Notes: generated by a model from the letters alone, not told the origin. A DNA stretch of 20,000 nt from an uncultured virus (IMG/VR IMGVR_UViG_3300042879_004886) (IMGVR_UViG_3300042879_004886), one strand, 5' to 3'. Positions 1 to 7,828 are shown, counted from the first letter of the stretch. A program made the numbers and translations.

Positions 1-1931
1 ATTCTTGTGAGTTGGTTCAACAAGAAATTATTTGTAAGGGTCTCGATCAACATATCATTGATAACACAATAGTTCTCTCCCAGAAGCCTAGATGCAACTT
101 TTTCGTTTCTTACGACTGGTATCTTTGTCGTCTTTCCATCAACGGTTACGTAATTGTATTCTATTGCATTTACGTCTTCTGGCTTAAATCCAGGCAATAG
201 GCTCGCGTTTATGTCAAAAGTAAAGTTATTCAAAGCATTTTGAATAAAAATGTTCATTGGATCTAACTTTTTGCGATCAACAAACATCTTTTTAAGATCA
301 ATTTTTTCCTTTGGCTCTTCTTTTTCCTCTACTACTTTTCTCCACTTTGTTAGATTTTCGGCAGACTTTCCCTTGTATGTGGAAAGATTAGATCCATCTA
401 TTATTTCCTTGTTCTTTTTTACTTCTATTTTTGCAGTCTTGGAAATTTCATCAATGTAATCATCAGATAATTGGAAGACACCGTTTACCGTTACTACGTG
501 GTTTGCAGAGGTCTTTGGATCTCTGATGTCGTCTCCCCTCAAAGATGATTTGAGTACGTTTGCAGCAAAAGATCTGAAGAATTGGCTGTTTCTTTGTTTG
601 AAGAGATCCTTTCCAGCATCATTAATGGATTTTTGATAAGAAGTAAGAGAAATGGCGGGGTTTACATTTCCATCTTTGTCCACTGCGGTTCCAAGACTTC
701 TACCACTTGGAGAAGTGATGTTTAGCGACTGGAGCTGCTGTACCATATCAGGATCTTTCAAAAGCATGGAAAGAGCTTGGTCCGGTAGCAATTGTGTAGC
801 GAAAAGTTCACTTTGTTGCTCAAGATTATTAACAAATCCTTGTACACCAGGATCTCTAGTAATATTGTCGGGATTGAGGAGAGCCTTTCCTAGGGCATTT
901 CCGATTATTCCCTTAACTATTTTTCCACTTTGATTCAAGTTGTTGGTGGAAATGCTCATTTCACCGCCGGCTGAAATTTTGAATTTATATTCACCACATT
1001 CAAGCTCAGGGGCTCCTTCAGAATACATCGAAGAATTTCCTGCTTCAATGCTTGAAACAAGATTCTTTATGCATTCATCTCCTATCTGAGACAGGATTTT
1101 GCTGGCTTGAAGAAACGCTCCCTTGGTGAAATCCAAAGAAGCAGCAGAAGTAGCAAGCAAAGTCTGCATTTCTTGATCACTGGCTCCGGCTTTTATCTTG
1201 GCAACAAACAAAAGCGCATTTAGGACTTGTTGATTGTACGGAACGCTTGAAAGCGTGTTGATTCCAAACTTGTTGCTTAGAGATTCGAAGGAAATGTTAT
1301 CAAAATCTTTTGCTGCCATGGGAGAACGAAGTCTCTCAAAGAAGTCTTTTTGAACTTCCGGTGGCATTTCGGCCAGTTGATCTGGAGTCATCTGCAACAT
1401 GGCCTTCATTATCTCGTCTTTGGAGAGTTTTTTGGCCTTTGGCTTTTCCTCTGTTTTCTTCTCTTCAGCTTCTTCTTTTTTGCCACCCTCTTTTTTGGAC
1501 GGTTCTTCTTTTTTCTTTGTTTCTTCCTTCTTTTCCTCTTTTTCCTTTACTTCACCGAAAAGAAGCTTTGATGCTCTGGTTTGCTCAAACTTTGGATCTG
1601 ATGTATATTGCTTGGCCTCAGCCTCAGTCATTACATCGCTTTTATTTATTTTTGTGTGTAGATTTTTGTTGAAAGAATCCTTAAAAATCAACTGAACTCT
1701 TCCCGATGCTGTCTTTACAGCAATAACGTCTTTTACAAGCTCCGCTTTGGCCTTTCTTTCACGGGGCACCTGCTTTGCTCTTTCGGCGCGCTTGCGTGCT
1801 GCGTCCTTGGCCTTGTCAGTCGTGGCCTTGGACTTTTCTCGATCCTTTCGCATTGCTTCACCAGTTGTTCTAAAAGAGTCTGCAGCAGCTCGGGAAGCCT
1901 CGGTAAGTTTTAAAAGGTCCTTGAATTTCAT
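1..1931 (-). CDS. Large hypothetical protein (>643 aa, 3' end outside window); candidate virion internal protein
   Basis: Manual translation from ATG at 1931 (MKFKDLLKLTEASRAAADSFRTTGEAMRKDREK...) stays open to position 1. It is absent from the ORF track because there is no stop in the window. It has a Lys/Glu-rich tract (~1430-1555), and GATAAATA lies 7 nt upstream. Confidence 0.85.
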   Translation of the reverse strand, partial: MKFKDLLKLTEASRAAADSFRTTGEAMRKDREKSKATTDKAKDAARKRAERAKQVPRERKAKAELVKDVIAVKTASGRVQLIFKDSFNKNLHTKINKSDVMTEAEAKQYTSDPKFEQTRASKLLFGEVKEKEEKKEETKKKEEPSKKEGGKKEEAEEKKTEEKPKAKKLSKDEIMKAMLQMTPDQLAEMPPEVQKDFFERLRSPMAAKDFDNISFESLSNKFGINTLSSVPYNQQVLNALLFVAKIKAGASDQEMQTLLATSAASLDFTKGAFLQASKILSQIGDECIKNLVSSIEAGNSSMYSEGAPELECGEYKFKISAGGEMSISTNNLNQSGKIVKGIIGNALGKALLNPDNITRDPGVQGFVNNLEQQSELFATQLLPDQALSMLLKDPDMVQQLQSLNITSPSGRSLGTAVDKDGNVNPAISLTSYQKSINDAGKDLFKQRNSQFFRSFAANVLKSSLRGDDIRDPKTSANHVVTVNGVFQLSDDYIDEISKTAKIEVKKNKEIIDGSNLSTYKGKSAENLTKWRKVVEEKEEPKEKIDLKKMFVDRKKLDPMNIFIQNALNNFTFDINASLLPGFKPEDVNAIEYNYVTVDGKTTKIPVVRNEKVASRLLGENYCVINDMLIETLTNNFLLNQLTR

Positions 1932-1937
1932 CTTAAA

Positions 1938-2540
1938 TTATTTATCACTATTAGAATCCTCTACTATTTCTAATGGATTATATAATTTGTAATTTTTATG
2001 ACTTTTTTCTATGCCATTAGCCACTTTATAGAGAGATTTTTTATCTAGTCCCCTGGCTTCAGCAAATTCAGGTATATTTTCAACAAAGCAAATTTCATTT
2101 GTCTTTGTATTCTTGAAAGTCGCAGATTTCATTATTGCAACTTTTTCAGGCGTTTTCTTTTTTACTTTTACATGGGAACCAGTTGTTTCCTTAACTTCGC
2201 GCTGTTCAACAGCGGTCCAGCCTTTGTATGTCTTTCGCTTGCCATTAAGAAGTTCACAGACCTTTACAGCTGTCATTCCATGTTCTTCCGCCCATTTGCT
2301 CATGTTTGAGAAGAATTCTTTCTGGTTTGTGTGGATGTTTATAAGCCAATAGCCATTTTGCTCATCTTCCGGACAAACCCAAAGCCAGTACCGGCCATCT
2401 TGCTTAAAAAATCCCCCATTTTGTTGAACAAAAATTTGTCTTTGTTTTGCGGCCTTTGAATCATCATTCATCTTTGTCCAAAGACGAGATCCCCTTGTAT
2501 TTACCGCCTGTTCAAGTGTTCTGAGTTCTCTGTATTCCAT
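1938..2540 (-). CDS. Protein with two NUMOD1/IENR1-like helix-turn-helix DNA-binding modules, no recognisable nuclease domain
   Basis: Two similar segments, FSNMSKWAEEHGMTAVKVCELLNGKRKTYKGW and VENIPEFAEARGLDKKSLYKVANGIEKSHKNYK, resemble homing-endonuclease-associated DNA-binding repeats. No GIY-YIG or HNH motif is seen. Confidence 0.6.
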   Translation of the reverse strand: MEYRELRTLEQAVNTRGSRLWTKMNDDSKAAKQRQIFVQQNGGFFKQDGRYWLWVCPEDEQNGYWLINIHTNQKEFFSNMSKWAEEHGMTAVKVCELLNGKRKTYKGWTAVEQREVKETTGSHVKVKKKTPEKVAIMKSATFKNTKTNEICFVENIPEFAEARGLDKKSLYKVANGIEKSHKNYKLYNPLEIVEDSNSDK

Positions 2541-3180
2541 GGCTTTCCTTGTACCTATCTATTGTTTTTTTCAATTTTTTTACATAATTTATTGGTCTAT
2601 CTTGAAATACTTGCTTTATTCCATCTTCACATGCTATTAATATAGCAAAATTTTCAACAATTATTCCAGTTCTTTCCTGAAACATCAAGGCATACGCGGA
2701 AGCTTGAAGAAAATAATTTTCAATGTCTTCTTTTCTTTTTTCTTTGCTGCTGGCCTTAAAATCTATGATGGTGGCTTTTCCGTCATACTCTGCTATGCAA
2801 TCTGTTCTTCCTGCCAATCCCAATGTCTCTGACCATAGTGGAGTTTCTATTGCAAGAATGTTGTCGATTTTATCCAGCTCTGGCTTCAATAAATTGAAAA
2901 GATACTTGTAATTGGGTAGCATATTGTCGATATCGATATCTTCATTGTTTAGATATGATTCTATTATGCCATGGAACTTTGTTCCTCTTGATGTGACTCG
3001 TCTGCTTTCTTCTGGATTTTTTCTTCTCCAGTCAGCAAAAAACTTTTGTTTTTCCCATCCCATCACAGTTGTTACACTGGGAAAAATTCCACCGGGAGTC
3101 TCATAATGACGTGAGCCATCTATAGAAACTTCTTTAAGTTGGTTTTCCAATAATATAGTTTTGTGTGTAAACTTCTTCAT
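2512..3180 (-). CDS. PD-(D/E)XK exonuclease (phage Cas4-like/MGME1-like, without Fe-S cysteines)
   Basis: Motifs FPSVTTV, RGTKFH, E-TPLWS, LAGRTDCIAEYDG, IIDFK and YFLQASAY are typical of T4-like phage RecB-family exonucleases. SD-like AAGGTG lies upstream. Confidence 0.85.
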   Translation of the reverse strand: MKKFTHKTILLENQLKEVSIDGSRHYETPGGIFPSVTTVMGWEKQKFFADWRRKNPEESRRVTSRGTKFHGIIESYLNNEDIDIDNMLPNYKYLFNLLKPELDKIDNILAIETPLWSETLGLAGRTDCIAEYDGKATIIDFKASSKEKRKEDIENYFLQASAYALMFQERTGIIVENFAILIACEDGIKQVFQDRPINYVKKLKKTIDRYKESHGIQRTQNT

Positions 3181-3196
3181 GTGTACAAATCACCTT

Positions 3197-3224
3197 ATTA
3201 TACCACAATTTAAATAATAATCAA
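3197..3224 (-). promoter_or_regulatory. Sigma70-like (early) promoter TTGATT-N16-TATAAT with extended -10 TG
   Basis: Minus strand reads TTGATT attatttaaattgtgg TATAAT in the intergenic gap upstream of the exonuclease. Confidence 0.6.
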
Positions 3225-3226
3225 AA

Positions 3227-5197
3227 TTATTGCAGTCTTATTGTTTGCGCTGTTCCGAAAAATTTATCCAAGTAAGCATTGATGTCTGCTTGAGTTTTTA
3301 TATTTCTCAAGTAATTGTCCAGGGGTGTCCCTTGACCATCTCCTACCATACCGAATGATGGGAAACCTCCGCCAGCCGCTTTTTCTTTTGTGGTAGTTTC
3401 TTTCGTGTTTTTTGTTGTTGATTGGGTAGATGTCCTTATTGTTGTTGTCCCGCCACCACCAGTTTGTTGCGCTGGTGCTTGGGCTGGTGTCTGTGCAGGA
3501 ACTTGGGCTGGTGTCTGTGCAGGAACTTGAGCTGGTGCTTGGGCTGGTGCCTGTGACGGAGCTTGAGCTGGTGCCTCTGCCGGAGCTTGAGCTGGTGCCT
3601 GAACTGTAATATTACGTGTAGTTTTAGCTCTACCTGTCACTGGTTTAGTTTCTCCAGAAACCGTTGACTTTCCTCCAGGAACTTCTGTTCTCGTAGGTTT
3701 AGTTTCTGATGGTCTAGAAACTTCTCCTCTAACAACAGTTGGTTTTTGACCAGTTTCAGCTGGCATAACCTCAACAATTCCTGCTGGTCTTGGTGGAACA
3801 TTTGAAGTTGGTGCTCTTGCTGGCTCCGCTGCTCCGATTGCCAAAGCTGCCGTAGTCGCTACTCCAAATTTTTTGGCTAAAGATGGTTGAGCTTCTGGTG
3901 CAACTGTGGAAGGAGATTGTCCGGGTTCAAAATAAGGTTCAAATGGTTGACCTGGTGACCAAGAACCTTCCCCTCTTCTCCATGCCGCCATTTGTTCTTG
4001 GGGAGATAAATTTTGCCACGATGATGGTTGAGTTCTAGATCTTATTGTTATTTCTGGTCGAAGCATTTGTTTCAACCAGCCTGGTAGTTGTTTTGCTTGA
4101 CCTACAAAACCTTGTGGGCTTCTTTGTGTTGCAACAAAATCCGTTGCAATATCTGCCAGTGTTTCAGCTCCTTTTGCCACTTTTCCTGGAACTGATTTTC
4201 CAGTTTCTATTGCTGTTTCAGCAACTTTTGCTGCAGCTTTGCCTGTAGCCTTCAATCCTTCTTTGCCGGCCTCCCCCGCAGCTTTTGCTCCCTGAACCGC
4301 AAGCTTGCCACCCTCAACTCCCGCAACCTTTGCTCCTCTACCAACAATTCCCGCTCCAGCTTCCCCCGCTCTAAAGCCAGGTATTCCACCTAAAACTTCA
4401 CCAGCAAATCTAGATCCTTTTCCTGCTGCAACAGATGTTCCTGCTCCATAGCCAAGCAAACCAATCCCTCCAGCAGCCACAATTGCTTTTGCAGCTTTAG
4501 GGCCATACAGACCACTCAATCTTCCGAAACCGCCAAGAAGGGCTCCAGCTCCTTTAAACGCAGCTCCACCAGCTGCTGTCATTGCCAATCCTTCTGGAGT
4601 TGTCAGAGAGTCCTGCGCACCCCTCAAGAAATCATATGCCATGGCACTATTGGGATCTATTCCTGCCCAAGTTTGTATTGATTTTCCTGCAGAAGGCATC
4701 GAATATTCTCTTCCTTCAGCACCTTTTTTCATAGGAATTACTTCAAGGGGATTGGTTATATCGCCTGCCAAACTTATATATTCATCTCTAGTTAAAACAT
4801 CTGCAAGATCTGGATTTCTTGATAACGCAGTTTGAAGAATTTCTGTTTCATCTGGATTTCTGTCGCCCTCATCAAATTTTTCTTTTCTTGCCAATACAAT
4901 TTCCTTGGCAAGCTGGCTTCTCAATTCTTCATATTTTTTCTTATCTTCTTTAGCTAGAGGAACTTCTCCTTGTGCCATACCTTTAACAAAAGGCATGTTT
5001 TCATATGCAAACTCAGTGTAACCAGATTTATCGGAAATATCCATTAAACCCTGGCCGAGTTTTTCTCTAACATTTGATGGGGCTTTTCTTGTTTTGCTAT
5101 ACTCAATTACACCCAACTCTTCTTTTTCCAGAAGAATCTTATTTTGGTATCTTTGTTCTAAAATAAACTCTACGTTTGGGTGTAATTTTCTGGCCAT
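3227..5197 (-). CDS. Large hypothetical protein (656 aa) with Gly/Ala-rich hydrophobic segments and a QAPA-repeat linker; candidate virion/ejection protein
   Basis: The long ORF has a Gly-zipper-like stretch (GLAMTAAGGAAFKGAGALLGGFG...IVAAGGIGLLGYGAG) and a Pro/Ala/Gln/Thr low-complexity C-terminal third. GATAAATA lies 8 nt upstream of the ATG. Confidence 0.8.
   Translation of the reverse strand: MARKLHPNVEFILEQRYQNKILLEKEELGVIEYSKTRKAPSNVREKLGQGLMDISDKSGYTEFAYENMPFVKGMAQGEVPLAKEDKKKYEELRSQLAKEIVLARKEKFDEGDRNPDETEILQTALSRNPDLADVLTRDEYISLAGDITNPLEVIPMKKGAEGREYSMPSAGKSIQTWAGIDPNSAMAYDFLRGAQDSLTTPEGLAMTAAGGAAFKGAGALLGGFGRLSGLYGPKAAKAIVAAGGIGLLGYGAGTSVAAGKGSRFAGEVLGGIPGFRAGEAGAGIVGRGAKVAGVEGGKLAVQGAKAAGEAGKEGLKATGKAAAKVAETAIETGKSVPGKVAKGAETLADIATDFVATQRSPQGFVGQAKQLPGWLKQMLRPEITIRSRTQPSSWQNLSPQEQMAAWRRGEGSWSPGQPFEPYFEPGQSPSTVAPEAQPSLAKKFGVATTAALAIGAAEPARAPTSNVPPRPAGIVEVMPAETGQKPTVVRGEVSRPSETKPTRTEVPGGKSTVSGETKPVTGRAKTTRNITVQAPAQAPAEAPAQAPSQAPAQAPAQVPAQTPAQVPAQTPAQAPAQQTGGGGTTTIRTSTQSTTKNTKETTTKEKAAGGGFPSFGMVGDGQGTPLDNYLRNIKTQADINAYLDKFFGTAQTIRLQ
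3470..3601 (-). repeat. Coding tandem repeat, 11 x 12 bp encoding (Q/E)-(A/V/T)-P-(A/S)
   Basis: Protein reads QAPA QAPA EAPA QAPS QAPA QAPA QVPA QTPA QVPA QTPA QAPA. It includes a perfect 24-bp duplication, cttgggctggtgtctgtgcaggaa, at 3478-3501 and 3502-3525. Confidence 0.9.
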
Positions 5198-5205
5198 TGT
5201 ATTTT

Positions 5206-5213
5206 TATTTATC
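5206..5213 (-). promoter_or_regulatory. T4 late-promoter-like box GATAAATA
   Basis: It lies 8 nt upstream of the ATG at 5197 and overlaps the upstream stop codon. The same motif precedes many genes in this window. Confidence 0.5.
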
Positions 5214-6300
5214 TAGGTACTTGATTCTTCATTTGTGCCAATGTTGGGCGAACTGGTTTTTTCCCAACTGCGGGGCCAGCAAGAATTTCAGCCTCAGTTT
5301 CCAATCTGTGAGGTACAATGAATGGGGGGGGTTGGTAAAGCCTTTTAAAAGTCTCATCGTATTCCACTGCTGTTACTGGAGGCCGCGGATCGGAATATCT
5401 TGAACCTATTGCGGCTTGTGATGATGATCCCATTTGTGGTGTTCCTGGGTTCATTTCATCGTTCATTTTTCTTACTGTAAGAGTCAATTCCCTTACTGCA
5501 TTCGCATCGCCTCTCTCCCTTGCCTTTCTTAGTTCCGCTTTTGTTCTATCTAACTCACCTCTTATTGCTATATTTGCAGTAGCAATTTTTTCATTTCTTT
5601 GTTGTCTGGCTGATCTCACGGCTTCCAATGATCCTGGATCTCTTGGATTGTATGATGGAACCTGTTGTGCTCTTGCAGTTCTCAAATCCTTCATCATTTC
5701 TCCCTGCTCATAACTCAACTCTGCAGCAGGCATTGATGACTGTGGCCCAATGAAATTGACTTCAGCTGGTGTTAGATCCGCTGGTGGAGGAGTCAATGCA
5801 TAGGATGGCAAACTTTGAAATCTGTTCATTGATGGGGAGAATTGCATTGAAGATGCATATAATCCCATTTCTCTGTTAAGATTTTGGTCTTGGGTTCTGG
5901 GGCTCAGAATATTATTTTTTCTGCCGGGCTTTGTTGAAATTTCAGGATTCAGTAAAGCCTCATTGAGGTTTTTTTTTAAATTGAACATGTTGTCAACTAT
6001 ATTTGGAGTAAATGCCTTGCATTCAGGTGTTCCGTTCTTGACTGCTTCTTCATTCATGGAAAGCAAAGAATTTACATTCTTGATAAGATCTTCTGAAAAA
6101 CAAGACAGTTCATTTGCCATTTGTTTGTTGGAATCCTCTGTCAACACTTGTGGTGTATGCAGTTTATTTTGTGAAACCAACATTTTTTGAATGCTTTCCT
6201 TCAAGGATTCTGGCTTGGCCTTCTTTTGGGTGGTTGAAGGCTTTTTGTTCAAGAAATCCTTGACTTCCCAATAAAATTGTTTATCTTGTTTATTATCCAT
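5209..6300 (-). CDS. Hypothetical protein (363 aa); candidate late/virion protein
   Basis: The long ORF has TCTAAATA 10 nt upstream and several L-x-E sites in the N-terminal third (SLKES, VLTED, NLNEA). There is a predicted coiled-coil segment near the C-terminus. Confidence 0.75.
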   Translation of the reverse strand: MDNKQDKQFYWEVKDFLNKKPSTTQKKAKPESLKESIQKMLVSQNKLHTPQVLTEDSNKQMANELSCFSEDLIKNVNSLLSMNEEAVKNGTPECKAFTPNIVDNMFNLKKNLNEALLNPEISTKPGRKNNILSPRTQDQNLNREMGLYASSMQFSPSMNRFQSLPSYALTPPPADLTPAEVNFIGPQSSMPAAELSYEQGEMMKDLRTARAQQVPSYNPRDPGSLEAVRSARQQRNEKIATANIAIRGELDRTKAELRKARERGDANAVRELTLTVRKMNDEMNPGTPQMGSSSQAAIGSRYSDPRPPVTAVEYDETFKRLYQPPPFIVPHRLETEAEILAGPAVGKKPVRPTLAQMKNQVPR

Positions 6301-6310
6301 GGCTGTAAAA

Positions 6311-6330
6311 TATTTAGATTTTCATAAATA
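6311..6330. promoter_or_regulatory. Divergent pair of late-type boxes: TCTAAATA (minus, 6311-6318) and CATAAATA (plus, 6323-6330)
   Basis: Each box lies exactly 10 nt upstream of an ATG (6300 on minus, 6341 on plus) in a 40-bp AT-rich gap. Confidence 0.6.
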
Positions 6331-6340
6331 CTTAAAAGGT

Positions 6341-6838
6341 ATGAAGAAGCAGGTTCTCTTGCTAAATCAGGATAATACACCCTTAAATATTATTACAATT
6401 GGAAAAGCCTTCAAACTTTTAAGTAAAGACAAGGTTTATGCAGACTTTGAAAGTAGTGAATTTTATGAAGTTGCTTCGGTCTCAAAGATCGTAAAAATAC
6501 CCAAAATTTTAATACTCAAGTATTACGTAAAATTGCCATATAAACGGGTTGCTCCGTCAAGAGCCAATATTCTCCGAAGAGATCAATACTGCTGTCAATA
6601 CTGTGGAATTGAATTGTGTGATAAGACGGCCACCGTTGATCATATTGTTCCTAGATGCAAGGGAGGAGGCTCTACTTGGGTGAATCTCGTAGCAGCCTGC
6701 AAGGATTGCAATCTACATAAAGGAAACAGGACTCTAAAAGAAGCCAAGATGGATTTAAAATCAAAGCCAAAAGAACCATCTTATGGATTCTTGTTTGACC
6801 ATATATTGGTGACATTCAGAAAGACAAAAAATGCCTAA
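6341..6838 (+). CDS. HNH endonuclease (McrA/COG1403-like) with PLMP-like N-terminus
   Basis: Motifs RRDQYCCQYCG, TVDHIVPRCKGG and NLVAACKDCNLHKG form a Zn-binding HNH. The N-terminus is VLLLNQDNTPLNII. Start 6341 is preferred over 6299 because of the upstream ATAAATA box and AAAGGT. Confidence 0.9.
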   Translation: MKKQVLLLNQDNTPLNIITIGKAFKLLSKDKVYADFESSEFYEVASVSKIVKIPKILILKYYVKLPYKRVAPSRANILRRDQYCCQYCGIELCDKTATVDHIVPRCKGGGSTWVNLVAACKDCNLHKGNRTLKEAKMDLKSKPKEPSYGFLFDHILVTFRKTKNA

Positions 6839-7133
6839 CTATTCATTTAACTGCGAAGCATGTGATCATAAATTTGAATTATTTCTAAAGATGAGTGAAT
6901 GTGGAAATCCACTCAAGGAAAAATGCCCAAAATGCAAAAAAAAGAAAGTTGTGCGTGATTGGGCAGACCAAACAAATTCAATTGCCATGGATACAACCCT
7001 AACCCCTTCGAAGGTTAATGGAAGTGCCTGGAAGGAAGTAATAGATAAGATTAAAAATTCAGGCCATGTTCCAAAGAGATACCATGACAAGCTTGAAAAT
7101 TCTGGAAGACATGCTGGTAGATATGTCCGTTAA
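6831..7133 (+). CDS. FmdB-family zinc-ribbon protein
   Basis: MPNYSFNCEACDHKFE...CPKC matches the MPxYxYxCxxCG..FE..CPxC pattern. The start overlaps the HNH stop region. Confidence 0.8.
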   Translation: MPNYSFNCEACDHKFELFLKMSECGNPLKEKCPKCKKKKVVRDWADQTNSIAMDTTLTPSKVNGSAWKEVIDKIKNSGHVPKRYHDKLENSGRHAGRYVR

Positions 7134-7678
7134 ATTTTTGAGTTTACAAGAGACTTAAGAATATAATAACTGTCTATAATATCCGTTACAGGATTAGTCA
7201 GAGATTTTTGCTCAAAGACCGAAATTAAATCGGTCTTTGTCTCTTTTAGGAAGGCTTCATACATTGCCTGTTTATCGGCGTTACCTTTACCTGTGGCGAG
7301 TTTCTTGACACGGGATGGCTCTACGACGGTTACGGGGACGGCGAGCTTATGGAGTTTGTATTTCAATATTCCACAGTTCTCTGCCAGATTAAAAACTCTA
7401 CCGTGTGAGCCGTATGAATATCCTTCTATGCCAACATCTGCAGCCCCAATACATAAATTTGTTGCCCATTCTGAAATGGTATCAAATCTTTCTGTATCGT
7501 GGGCGTATTCCTCAAAACCTTCACCATTAATATTTGGTGCAATTTTTGTAGCAAACTTTTTTGTGTTGGTCAAAAAATAAAATGAGCAATTTTGAAAGCA
7601 GAATTCCCGCTTTTCATCAAAAAGGCAGATGGCTGGGCTGGTTATAGAATAGTCAATCCCTACGAGCATATAGAACAT
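7130..7678 (-). CDS. RuvC-like Holliday junction resolvase (phage type)
   Basis: The RNase H-fold catalytic pattern is present: VGIDYSITSPA, IEGYSY, GKGNADK, DIIDSY. The start may be 7669 (MLVGID). The stop overlaps the convergent Zn-ribbon stop (TTAA 7130-7133). Confidence 0.8.
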   Translation of the reverse strand: MFYMLVGIDYSITSPAICLFDEKREFCFQNCSFYFLTNTKKFATKIAPNINGEGFEEYAHDTERFDTISEWATNLCIGAADVGIEGYSYGSHGRVFNLAENCGILKYKLHKLAVPVTVVEPSRVKKLATGKGNADKQAMYEAFLKETKTDLISVFEQKSLTNPVTDIIDSYYILKSLVNSKI

Positions 7679-7681
7679 ATA

Positions 7682-7689
7682 TATTTATA
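7682..7689 (-). promoter_or_regulatory. Perfect T4 late promoter box TATAAATA upstream of the RuvC-like gene
   Basis: Exact consensus, 3 nt upstream of ATG 7678 or 12 nt upstream of ATG 7669. Confidence 0.6.
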
Positions 7690-7694
7690 CCTTG

Positions 7695-7783
7695 GCCAGC
7701 AGCGGTGGTTCCTTAGCATTACGATGGGTTAATACTTAGAACGGCCCAAAAGGAATGCGTGGAAACATCCCACCGCCGCTGAC
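7695..7783 (-). ncRNA. Candidate structured non-coding RNA (~90 nt, long closing stem)
   Basis: This GC-rich intergenic island has ends that pair: GUCAGCGGCGGUGG with CCACCGCUGCUGGC (14 bp, 2 G-U on minus). Nested helices are UUCC/GGAA, GCAUU/AAUGC and UGGG/CCCA. A CATAAATA box (7789-7796) lies 5 nt upstream on minus. Confidence 0.55.
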
Positions 7784-7796
7784 AGAAATATTTATG

Positions 7797-7828
7797 AAAA
7801 ATCCTTTCCTTGTGGGGAGGATTTTTTT
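7797..7828. terminator. Intrinsic terminator-like hairpin flanked by A- and T-tracts
   Basis: AAAAATCCTTTCC-TTGT-GGGGAGGATTTTTTT sits directly after the stop of the 425-aa gene. The stem pairs better on plus (G-U) than on minus. Confidence 0.65.

Noticed and set aside
12..1992. Numerous plus-strand ORFs in the track (and similar ones across the window)
   Set aside because: They are antisense shadows of long minus-strand genes. The Phe/Ser/Leu-rich translations mirror Lys/Glu codons on the other strand.
2512..3180. Cas4 / CRISPR adaptation gene
   Set aside because: It lacks the four Fe-S cysteines, and there are no cas genes or repeat-spacer array in the window. It fits a common phage exonuclease.
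3470..3601. CRISPR or TIGR-like array
   Set aside because: The repeats are contiguous, in frame and coding, with synonymous variation and no unique spacers.
5324..5331. G8 homopolymer as a phase-variation or frameshift site
   Set aside because: It simply encodes part of a Pro run (QPPP) in an intact frame. There is no other supporting evidence.
6299..6340. Longer HNH start at 6299 given by the ORF track
   Set aside because: It overlaps the divergent ATG at 6300 and spans both promoter boxes. ATG 6341 fits the family N-terminus better.
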